A stretch of 57,780 bases of DNA, filler included, from Sphacelaria rigidula (Eukaryota), in NCBI GenBank assembly GCA_964200075.2. It is 6 parts of 6 records of this genome, joined end to end, with 100 filler letters (N's around TTAATTAATTAA, not from the genome) between each part and the next. Parts side by side here need not be neighbours in the genome. Positions count along the whole stretch, not along the records: positions 28,943 to 38,489 come from CAXNAA020008258.1; positions 38,590 to 48,135 come from CAXNAA020008259.1; 4 more parts are not named here. One strand, given 5' to 3'. The notes beneath the pieces are model-generated. The model worked only from the letters and a program-made list of their open reading frames with translations, did no database searches and was not told the origin of the DNA. The translations under genes and the position numbers were made by a program. This document shows, one piece after another, positions 37,964-48,235 of this stretch (position 1 is its first letter; the number at the start of each line of letters is the position of its first letter).

Positions 37964-38232
37964 CTGCCCGTGGTCGTGCAAGGAATGTCAACCTCCAGCA
38001 GACCCGCCCACGAGTCCTCAATCTCTTCCCGCTGCTGTTGTGGTTGATCCTGCTCGCTGTTGTCATCTTTGTCGCCCTCATCGTTGCAACCGGCGACGGC
38101 GCTCCGTTCCTGTGCGATCGCTTCTGCATCTGTCAGTACGCTCGTGCCTGAGGCTGAGCCTGTGTCGGAGCCTACGCCCATGCTGCTGCCGCAATGATCG
38201 TCTTCGGTCGCCCCCCCGCGCTTGTGCAGGCG
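37964..38232 (-). CDS. Ankyrin-repeat protein exon (acidic linker and start of an ankyrin repeat)
   Basis: AACAG acceptor, CAG|GTGAGC donor; ends ...LLEVDIPCTTTG(R); the phase-2 join to 35542 gives GRYPLHEAA. Confidence 0.75.
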
Positions 38233-38423
38233 CTGTTCATGCGCCAATCATTGCGTGTGTGTTGTCGACGGAGTTTTCGTCAGGGGAAACAACATCGACT
38301 GTCTGCACGTGGCCTGTGCTGTAGGGAGATAGTGATTTCTGTCCAGCTGCGGCGGTGGAGCTTTCTTAGGATTGCATACGTGGAAAATATTTTGCATGGA
38401 GAACTGCCCACTTACCTCCCCCT

Positions 38424-38489
38424 CCTTCATGCGACTCGCCGAACACACCACGGCGCTTCGCGCTTGGTGATTGAGTGCAAGCCTGGTCC
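38424..38489 (+). mobile_element. G/C-run-associated repeat fragment at contig break
   Basis: CCTTCATGCGACTCGCCGAACACAC...CGCTTGGTGATTG...GCCTGGTCC, near-identical to 57577-57646. Confidence 0.85.
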
Positions 38490-38589
38490 NNNNNNNNNNN
38501 NNNNNNNNNNNNNNNNNNNNNNNNNNNNNNNNNTTAATTAATTAANNNNNNNNNNNNNNNNNNNNNNNNNNNNNNNNNNNNNNNNNNNN
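38490..38589. other. Artificial contig-joining linker
   Basis: Same 100-bp N/TTAATTAATTAA/N structure. Confidence 0.97.

Positions 38590-38661
<72 letters not shown>
38590..38661. repeat. (TAA)n microsatellite at contig start
   Basis: About 24 perfect TAA units. Confidence 0.95.
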
Positions 38662-39910
38662 GTCCGCCTGCGGGTTTTCATTAAGGCTTTTGCTTTAATT
38701 GTCACAGCACCCTACCCTCGGATGCACGGGGCCCGTTCGTGCCGCGGAGCGGCAGGCGGTGAGCCCAACCAAAACAAACATGATGCCGCAGAATAGGAGC
38801 GAGCTGGGTGGTGGTGGAATGATGGAAAGGTGGCCACAAAGAAGGAGGGAAATGGGGTAATATAGAGAGGCAATTGTGGCCAGCGCAGAGAGATACGCTG
38901 ACGGCCGAAAACAAGAATAAAGAGGGGCTGATGACGAAACGAACAACTTCCACCACGAAGTTCCGAGAATGGAAAACAGGGAAAAAAAAACAGGGGCTAT
39001 GGGTAACCACAGAGAAAGTTCACGGATGAAATACTGCGCTGCGGTGGGTTACAATCGGGGAATTGCTCCGCTGTAGATCCTAGTGCGTCGCAAAAATGAC
39101 ACCTGTCTGTAGAAAAGCCCTTGGAGAAAAAAAAAGAAGATAATCCGTAAGAAGGATAATATACTCTTTCGTACAACTTCCTCCTTTGTCGAATTTTTCC
39201 CTCATCAAATGTTTCCGTTCTGTTATCTTACCGTGGGTACGTCCGCATCATGATCACGCCTGCATCAATCGGGGAATAATCAACCTTTTTGATCCCCCGA
39301 CGGTAGGTAGGTCAGTTATCTGGGTGTCGCGCTCATTTCTCAAGAAAAAAAAACGATTCAAAAAATTGATTCACTTGCTCAGACGATGAAAAACGGTGAA
39401 TGTGGGACAACCAGCGTAAATTCATACACACATGAGGGATAGACATATTTAGTGTCAGCACAGCGGGGGTACCGGACTGTGAGTCTGGTTACTACTCCGT
39501 AGTATTACAGTTGATATATAAACATGATCAATACAAAATTGACTTCAACATGTCAGACATGTCAAGGGGGATGTACTCATGATCTTCCATGCTGTGGTCA
39601 TAAGGCATGTCAAGTGGGTATAGATTGGTTGATCACTGGAGACTACGGGTTCGTCCCGAGCAAGACGAGGTGTTGAATTCAAAGGATAACGAGAGGAGAA
39701 GTAAACAAGAAAAAATAAGGGAAAAAAAAGGAAAGAAGGCAAAAGAAAAAAGGAAAAAGGAAAAGACTACTCGGAGAACGACATGTTTTTTCGACAACAT
39801 CCTGATGTATACGGTACCGTGTGAGTATGAGCATGTTAATTCATTTCACTCACAGCCTTCATTTAGTAACGAGGAAAAAATAATTTTTCTCGAACGTGTA
39901 GCACGCTCAC

Positions 39911-39980
39911 CAAAAGCCTCCAGCAACGCATCTTTTGCGCGGTGATCGCGCGCCTATCCTTGGATCCAGCGTAGGACAGT
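39911..39980 (-). CDS. PUS7: PUS7/TruD exon carrying the catalytic Asp motif
   Basis: AATAG acceptor, TTG|GTGAGC donor; the phase-2 join gives RLSYAGSKDRRAITAQKMRCWRLL, the TruD YAGxKDxxAxTxQ motif. Confidence 0.9.
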
Positions 39981-40799
39981 CTATTTTCGTAGGCCAACAA
40001 ACAAACGGCAGAACAACAACAACGGCAACAACAACAACGGCAACAACAACAACATCAAGGGGGAAAATCGGGAAAATTCTACGTCGAACCAGTACAATGA
40101 CTTGACTAGGAGGAACTTCGCCAAGTTTACACGTACGATAGCTTTACACTGCAAAAAGAAAGGACGAAAACTCATCCTACAGTATATCCACCCATCGCTC
40201 ACCATTCTATTTTGGCTCATCCACAGTGCCAAAAAAAAAATGAATGATAGATATGCCATGATGAAACGAAAACACCACAGTAAATGTATGCTATTGTACT
40301 TTTTCTACATACAGCACATTACAGACAAATTTCAAAGCAGGTATACCAAGCATACTGTTGGCGAGTATTCCTGTTTCCACGTCATGTAGTCAGTTGCCTC
40401 AGGTACGTAAGTCCTACCTACCTCGTGGCCATAGCTACATTACCAGGCAAACATCAGTCAATGTGGGACAAGTGAAAACTGGTAGTGTACATATCAAAAT
40501 CGCTTTGAGGGCAGTTCAGGGTTCGAACCCCTCCGGATAGGGTTATCTTTTCCAAAGCGTGCCTGATATCCGCCGTTGAACATGTAAAAAGTCGTGAGCA
40601 GCGCAAGAAGATAATTTTGTTTTCGACGAAACAAGATCGACATGATGCGGAAATGCTGATTAAACCAAAACACCCTCGATCATCATGATACCAAAACGCC
40701 AGGGCGAAAACAATAAGAGGGACGGGTCGTACGGATTCATCCTAAGGAAGGAAAGGGGTAAAAAAATATGACAGAAAAACGACCGACCAGGCATTCAAC

Positions 40800-40984
40800 C
40801 TTCCGACCTTCCGACCATCCAACCATCCAACCATCCAACCATCCAACCATCCAACCATCCAACCATCCAACCATCCAACCATCCAACCATCCAACCATCC
40901 AACCAACCAACCAACCAACCAACCAACCAACCAACCAACCAACCAACCAACCAACCAACCAACCAACCGACCGACCGACCGACA
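40800..40984. repeat. Compound tetranucleotide-based microsatellite (CCATCCAA/CCAA/CCGA)
   Basis: Direct reading; lies in a PUS7 intron. Confidence 0.95.
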
Positions 40985-41053
40985 AATCAATCAGCTGCTA
41001 TCAAGCCATCAAGACCAAAAAGAATAGTTACGCCCCCTTTCCCCGGCGCAAAC

Positions 41054-41702
41054 CTGCCCCGATTCACCCCAAGCCGGCGGCACAAGGCGGCCGCCACCTC
41101 GTTCGTCGACCGTCCTGCCTTGTACACCGAAAACTCCAAGTACTCCCCGAGGTCCTTCGGCCAGGTCTGCCGCCCGCCACGCCTCGTCGAGAAATGCGTG
41201 AACTCTAAATACGTTGTCGTTTCTTCGTCGGCGTCAACGCCTCCGCCATAGCGATCCTGATCGCGGCCTTCGCCTCCTCTTCCTCTTCCTCCTCCTCCTC
41301 CGCCGCCGCCGCCGCCGCCGGCGACCAGATCCACCCGCACCTTCTCTTGGCCGGGGATGACTGCGCGCGTGCACAGGTACGGCATGTGGGCTCTGACAAG
41401 CGCATGGACCTTGGTGCGGCCGGCCTTGTCCAGCGTCTCGGGGCAAGAGAGGAGGAGTGCGCGCTGCGGTTCCGGGGGCGGGAGCAGCACGTCGACGATA
41501 CCGCCGCCGCTGCTGCTGTTTGCCTCGTCGTCGTCGTCGTTGCTGTTGCTGTCGTTGTCGTTGCCGTTGTCGTTGTTATCGACTCTGCCGTCAGCAGAGG
41601 CGGCGGCTGCGGCGGCCTCTGCGGCTTCAGCCTCTGCGATGTCGAAGGTTGCTCTCTCAGCGACGACCAGCATCCACTCTTGGAGATGGGTCGTCGCGGT
41701 GC
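41054..41702 (-). CDS. PUS7: Pseudouridine synthase PUS7/TruD family exon
   Basis: GCACAG acceptor, CAG|GTTTGC donor; [13 protein letters not shown] (PUS7 insertion-like) and [32 protein letters not shown] (matches YLxFxLYKxxxxTxE). Confidence 0.85.
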
Positions 41703-43230
41703 CTGTGCGACGGGATGAAAAAAATAACAAAGACGGAATGCGGAAGAGAAAGAGGAAGAGAGATGTAGACTCTAGCCACCGTTGTAACCTAGGTTAGGTA
41801 CAAGGATGCAGTCGGGATGTGTAGTAGGCACGTTTACCGCTGGCTGGTGCATCATGGATCTGCGAGTCCGATCGGTGGACTCCGTGAGCGTTTCATTTCG
41901 AGTGTCTGGAGCTGTTTCCTCACTCCAGGGGAGATGAGCCAGGATGCTGCTCCCTGGTAGAATGAAAAGTTAAGGGTTGATATTTGAATAACTAAAGCTG
42001 CTCAAGTCTACGTGCCCGTGATCGGAGGAGTCCACGTAGCTGTCTGATCTTGAGGGCAAGACTCTATATTCAGCGATAATTGGGACCGCTAAAAAACGGC
42101 CGACACATGAGAAAAGGGGTAAGTCTGCAGGCCTGATCAGTTTGCAGCTAACCAGGTCAGCTCAAGGCGTGTCTACATCGATAGGGGCTTGTAGGAGCAG
42201 GGCCAAGGAGGTGCTGAGGTAGTGCTAGGGTGGGTTGTGGTGTCGCTCACGCGCAAGGCCTGGGGGCTTGATCAACAGCTGCCTTGCCCCGATAACCTGC
42301 GAAAAAACGCGGCACAACTATTGCGTGCGTTGGTCGGAAGGATCGCGCGAGAGCTGGTTTAAGGTTGGCCAGCCGCGGTCAAGAAGGTAAGTCATGAGGC
42401 TTCAAGACATCGTGAAAAGTGCGTGAGAAAGAGGCGCTGGGGTCGTTATCGTATGGTGGTAAAGCGCGTCTGGGTGAACGGGAAGAGTTGTTCCTGTTAT
42501 TGAGAGACAGGACCGGTTTTCTAGAGCCGCACGTGGTGGTAGCTCGGCGCTTGATGAGAAGCGTGGAGGTAACGGCAAAGTTTGTTCGACTGTTCGAAGT
42601 GATGAGGTGCAGCAATATGTCGCCATCGACGGTCGTGTTGTCCGTGTACGGGTGCTGGATTACACCACATACGGTCGCATGCTCCCTAGTGAGAAACTCG
42701 CCGAGTTCCTACGGCAGTATGAGGATCATGTGCGAGCGCGCACGGGACGGACTGGAACGTTCTTGAGGTGCCAGCGGTTTCTGACCTCGCGCCGGTGCAT
42801 CTTGATAGATATCTATGTCCATCTTCTTGAATCATGCTCGTGATGTTGGGCACGAGCAGTTGCTCTTCGCGTTGCGCAAGCATGCGTCTTCGGGTGTTGT
42901 GCACGGCACTGGGACCACGGATAGTGGTGATCGGGATGTTGGTCGTCCTCGGAAGCGCATGCCGCGCCCGAGTCCACAGTAGCCACGTAGGGTTGCTGCT
43001 TGTACTGTTGTTGAAGAGGGCGAGTATGTCACGCAGCACGTGTCAGTCCGAGGGGACAGGCACGAGAGCGCTTCGGGCAGTACAGCTGCCGCCGTTGCCG
43101 TCGAGGAGCCGGGCAGGGAGTGGCGGCTAAACCCCGTATGATTGATCCTGCTGCTCCTGCCGCTGCTGTTGGAAGGGCGGGGCCTGTACGGATCGATGAG
43201 CAAACTCTGAGAGGCGAGCGTCCGCGTTGC

Positions 43231-43810
43231 TTGTTGCCGCCGGACCACCGTGTGGCTGAGGACACGTCTTGCATGCTCGGAAGTGCAGGCAGATGTTTTC
43301 CGCGTGATGCTAGCGAGCAGAGCGAGCTGGGGGCTTTTAATGCACATAGTGAATCCATCTGCTCCAGTGATGCGACAGGAGATCGATCAGGCGATTCGGA
43401 GGCGTGTCTGTTTGATAGACAGGTGGGTACCGGTTGGCTGAGTTGTTGCCGCACCAGCGTGTAGCTGGAGACACGCCTTGCATTCTCGGAGCTGTAGAGG
43501 GGGGGGGCGTCATCTGCATGATGCAAGCGAGCAGAGCGAGCTCGGGGTTTGCGATGCTCATGGTAAATCTATCTGCTCCAGTGATTCAGGCCACAGTAAT
43601 ATGGGGGGAGATCGTCCAGATGATTCGCAGGGGTGTCTGGTTGAAGGAGAGGTGGATTCCAGATTGGCGGATGTGGATTCGCTGGACCGAGGTTCGGTCG
43701 GTGACCAGCGTGTAGCTGGTGACGCACCTTGCGTGCTCGAAGCAGCAGGGGTGTGTGACCACGTGGAGCAGATAGGCAGACCGAGCTTCAGACTTGTGAT
43801 GCTACAGGCT
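43231..43810. repeat. ~2.5 diverged direct repeats of ~210-260 bp
   Basis: ACCA(C/G)CGTGT(G/A)GCTG...ACAC/ACGC..CTTGC recurs near 43244, 43453 and 43704; GCGAGCAGAGCGAGCT and ATCTGCTCCAGTGAT occur in the first two units. Confidence 0.8.
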
Positions 43811-45080
43811 GGTTCAGTGTGAACGCCCACAGTTTATTCCCTACTTGATACAGAACGCAAAACTGGCCCGATAGAAACTTGTTTAGTATCACGGTGACCC
43901 CCACGAGCAAAAGCAAGCAGCGTGGCATGACCAGATTTTTTCTTGCATCCTTTGCCGTGGCGTTGGTGGTAGCGAAAATAATCCTCGGCTCACTAGGGGT
44001 GTTCAAATTGTTTCGAAGATGAAAATAGAACTCCCGACACAATTTGTACCCAATCTTATCAAGAATAAAACCTTAGTAACCGCCATCAGCTAGGGAATCT
44101 AACGTAAAAAAAATATTTGAAAACGGTCTGTGTGGGATCGAGTTATACCTCAAAACATGGTATGCCGGTGACGCGGGGATTTGGCGTCGTCAGATTCCCA
44201 CTAATGTAGCATCATAGACTCAGAAAGCCTCTTGGCGATTTCCCTTGCAACTGCCGTAGAAAGGCTCCGATCATTCTCAAACTTGGCAGTTTGGTAGGTA
44301 TGGGTTCTACAAATGGGGAAAAAATCGTTGAATAATGTTTCAGAGTTCATCCGCTCTCTACTGGCTTCCGGGGGTCCCAGTGTGAAGACCTCCAGAAGCC
44401 GGTGAAGACTGCCTCAAAATAGGAAAAATCGCCCTTGACTCGCCCCGGGGTAGCCAAAGGAACGTTTGTACGAGGTTTCGTTGCATAACTCGAAAGCTGA
44501 TCCCGAACGGTCGATGCAAGCCCAAACACACAAGGAAAACGTCGGGAGCATACTATAATCGAGTAATTGGTGGGATTCAGCTTGTATCAGCATACTTCAG
44601 CGCACATACGGGTGATGCCTCACGCCGTTAGATCAGAATATCTGGCGTTGAAAAAAAAGCATGGCATTCATACCGTACAGTGCGTCTAAAATATCACAGA
44701 GTACCAGTGTGCAAAATTCAGGGTCCACCTAAAAAAAATAACGTGAGAAATCGGTGGGGAGTAAATATTTGGTCGTTCACCTTGGACCAGCCTGCGTTGG
44801 CGATCACAACTGCTGCGGCGACGTGCAGTGTTGTGTGGGCTTGAGGTGGTCGTACGCATTGTTGTTTACAGGGACAGTTTTGGCGTGGTTGGTGGCGATG
44901 ACGGAGATGCCTCTACCGTTGTGTCGGCAGAGGCTTGAGGAGCATGGTGAAACGCTGTCGGGAGGTGTTGCTGTGTGGGACTGTGTGGCTGCTCCCGTCT
45001 CACCTCTCGTTCCCTCCGGAAAAACTGGATGAAGAGCAGGTGTGGAGTACTGCGCAAGTATCTGCGGGGGCAGATGGTTC

Positions 45081-45269
45081 CATACCCTGGACAAAAGAAT
45101 ACACGGTCGAAAAATGTACTGCGTACAGTATGGAATCTATTGTGTATTGAAAAAGAGAATAGATTCAAGAACGTACGAAGAATATATATAGACANNNNNN
45201 NNNNAGACAATAGATTCCATACTGTACGCAGTACATTTTTCGACCGTGTATTCTTTTGTCCAGGGTATG
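45081..45269. mobile_element. MITE with perfect long TIRs and an 8-bp TSD (hAT- or P-like)
   Basis: ~62-bp perfect TIR CATACCCTGGACAAAAGAATACACGGTCG...; TSD GATGGTTC at 45073-45080 and 45270-45277; internal N gap. Confidence 0.92.
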
Positions 45270-45357
45270 GATGGTTCGTCGCATTGGTTGATTGGTGCGG
45301 GCATACCGCTTGGTCGCGAGCTGAGCGGTACTGTAAGGGTGCGTGGTGTAGCTATAC

Positions 45358-45494
45358 CACACACTGGACAAAAGATTCTAATTTAAAAAATGTACTGCGT
45401 ACAGTATAGAATCTATTGTCTGTTGCAGTAGGCGCAAGAGTCGATACTGTACGCAGTACACTTTTTTACTGTAAATTATTTTGTCCAGGGTGTG
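45358..45494. mobile_element. MITE of the same family with an 8-bp TSD
   Basis: CACACACTGGACAAAA...TTTTGTCCAGGGTGTG; TSD AGCTATAC at 45350-45357 and 45495-45502. Confidence 0.92.
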
Positions 45495-46002
45495 AGCTAT
45501 ACCTATGGTGCGAGGAGCGAGTGTTCGGGTGGAAATGCTGCTCTACGGTGTGTGCACGAGACTGTGGTTCGAGTGCTGCTGTTTCTCATGAGCGGGTTGG
45601 AGGACTACAAGGAAGGTATAAACTGAGGTGCTTGCTATTGTCGTGAGCGCGGGGTTGGTTGGGTGGTGTTGCGGAGCAAGTGCTGAGATGATTGAGTGCT
45701 TGTTGAGAGCGGGGAAACACATCATGAGTGGTATTCGTGAACCGTTCTGGGGGCGATTGCAGCTTGTGGTGTGGTTTGTGGTCTTGCTTGTATGTTGCCG
45801 TCTGTGCATGAAGCATGGCGATTCAGCGAGTGTGATCGTATTGCGTGTTCTGGGTGAAATGCTGGCGTGCACGTGGGTGTTTAGGATCTATGTGCTGCGC
45901 TACTCTGGTCGGCACGCATGGTGCATGAAGATTTCTGCGACGAAGGTCGCATCGCATGTGCTCGGTGAAATACTGCCATGCATGTGTGGACTTTTCCTCG
46001 CG

Positions 46003-47583
46003 TAGGACAGCTCATGAGCTAGCTCACCTGCGGGCGGTAGCTCACTTGTAGTCAAACATGTACATGTGAGCTACGTCCGATAGCTCAACACAAGGTAAAC
46101 GTGTGCTGATGAGCTACGGGCTGGTAGCTCATCTATCGCAAACGTGCGTAGCTCATGCAGCTCTCATAGCTCACCCAGGGCGAATATGAGCTGATAAGCT
46201 ACGAGTTGATAGCTCACCCAGGGCAAACATGCGTAGCTCATGCAGCTCTCATAGCTCACCCAGGACAAACTCGAGCTGATGAGCTACGGGCTGGTAGCTC
46301 ATCTATCGCAAACGTGCGTAGCTTATACAGCTCCCGTAGCTCACCCAGGGCGAATATGAGCTGATAAGCTACGGGTTGATAGCTCACCCAGGGCAAACAT
46401 GTGCAGCTCATGCAGCTCTCATAGCTCACCCAGGACAAACTCGAGCTGATGAGCTACGAGTTGGTAGCTCATCTATCGCAAACGTGCGTAGCTCATACAG
46501 CTCCCATAGCTCACCCAGGGCGAATATGAGCTGATGAGCTACGGGTTGGTAGCTCACACAGGGCAAACATGTGCAGCTCATGTAGCTCTCACAGCTCACA
46601 CAGGGGAAACATATGCGGATGAGCTACGCTCGATAGCTCACCCAAGGCAGACATGTGTAGCTCACGTAGCTCTTGTAGCTCACGAGGGGAAAACATGAGC
46701 GGATGAGCTACGCCCGGTAGCTCACCCCAGGGACACATGGTCGTGGCTCACTCACGTCATATGCCTAGCTCGGCGCTGGCCAACCTCGTGTCGCTTATGA
46801 TCAAACATTCTTGTTCGAACGGATGGCGCCACATATCATTAGGTTGTGGATTGTATGCTTTGCCTCACTCTTCGAGATAGGGAGAAAAGAAGCCAACACA
46901 TATCCTCGTTCGCTTGGTCGGATGGTCGAAAAAAGTGTTAATATCCAGTGTCTATAATAATCGACCGATTCATTTCTTTTGATCGGTTGGCCATGAGGGT
47001 ACGAGTCTATCTGGTAATGCATACGTTTTTCAAGTGAAATTGGAGCTGATTCAACAGATGACTTATGCTCGCCGTCAAGGGGTTAGCCCTTTGACCGCGA
47101 GGGTTGGCGATCTGATAAATCAGCATAATTCACTTTATTTTTTGGGTGTGAATGATGCCGATTCAGAGACCTCCCACCCTCGCGGTCAAAGGGATGAGCA
47201 ATCGTAGCTCTCATAGCTCCCATAGCTCATCCAGGGCAATTATTCGCAGCTCGCCTAGCTCTCATAGCTCATCCAGAGCAAACATATGTAGCTCATGCAG
47301 CTCTCGTAGCTCATCTGAGGCAAACATGTGTAGCTCATGTATCTCTCGTAGCTCATCCGGGACAAACATGCGTAGCTCATGCAGCTCTCATAGCTCACCC
47401 AGGGCAAATATGAGCTGATGAGCAACGGGTTGGTAGCTCACCTATCGCAAACGTGCGTAGCTCATACAGCTCCCATAGCTCACCCAGGGTAAACATGCGT
47501 AGCTCATACAGCTCTCATAGCTCACCCCAGGAGAAACATGCGTAGCTCATGTAGCTCTCATAGCTCACTACGAAGCTACCCTT
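46003..47583. repeat. AGCT-rich higher-order tandem repeat (170-bp period), interrupted by an insertion at ~46800-47193
   Basis: GCTGATGAGCTAC recurs at 46105, 46275, 46445 and (diverged) 46615; subunits of ~40-45 bp with ATGAGCTAC/GTAGCTCAT palindromes; array resumes at 47194. Confidence 0.9.
47087..47193. mobile_element. piggyBac-like MITE (107 bp)
   Basis: CCCTTTGACCGCGAGGGT ... ACCCTCGCGGTCAAAGGG, perfect 18-bp TIR; flanks TTAG/ATGA are not clean TTAA. Confidence 0.7.
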
Positions 47584-48135
47584 AAGAAGAGCTAGCTCGA
47601 GCTATAGGGAGCTGATATTTCCGACGTGTGGACTTTTCGCCACAGTTTGACACTAATGTGCATGGTGGTTGGCGAAGCGACAGGGTGTGGCAGTTCCAAA
47701 TATACCGCTGTATGCTGGATAAGGTGAAGCTTGTATGTTCCTGTTCGCACAGAAACGCGGCGGAGTTGTCTTCGTAAAGTTCGCACATACTCACTGAAGG
47801 AGATGGTAATTGCTGCTGTTGGCGTGAAAAATGAGCGGAAACTGCGAAATTCATAGTCTCGTATGTGGGTAGGCGGTTGATAGACGGATGGGATATCCCG
47901 GTCCTGAATCCAAGGGGCACATTCTATGTGAGTGTTTTTCGGGGTGTACCCGGTAAATCGAGCTCGAAACTCGTATCACTGCGGGTGGTCAATGATGACG
48001 GAGGTCGGGGTCCGGTCCTCGTTGTTGGATCGGTGTGTATCCGTGAATTGATAAGCGAGTTGAAGCTTTCACGGTTAGGACAAATCATCACGACTCAAAA
48101 TCACCAAATTCACGATTTCTTCGGCCTGATTGCCC

Positions 48136-48235
48136 NNNNNNNNNNNNNNNNNNNNNNNNNNNNNNNNNNNNNNNNNNNNTTAATTAATTAANNNNNNNNN
48201 NNNNNNNNNNNNNNNNNNNNNNNNNNNNNNNNNNN
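48136..48235. other. Artificial contig-joining linker
   Basis: Same 100-bp N/TTAATTAATTAA/N structure. Confidence 0.97.

Noticed and set aside
40737..41208. ORFs with WLVG/NQPT repeats
   Set aside because: Translations of an intronic microsatellite and of the antisense strand of the PUS7 exon.
46105..46720. Tandem hammerhead ribozymes (CTGATGA followed by a stem)
   Set aside because: The stem is followed by TCAT/TCAC, not GAAA; it is simply a palindrome. Other CTGANGA sites I inspected also lacked the full core.
9549..48235. Functional clustering of the PHD, myosin, ankyrin, PUS7 and RING genes, or a regular ~9.65-kb biological periodicity
   Set aside because: Adjacency and spacing result from artificial concatenation of length-sorted contigs.
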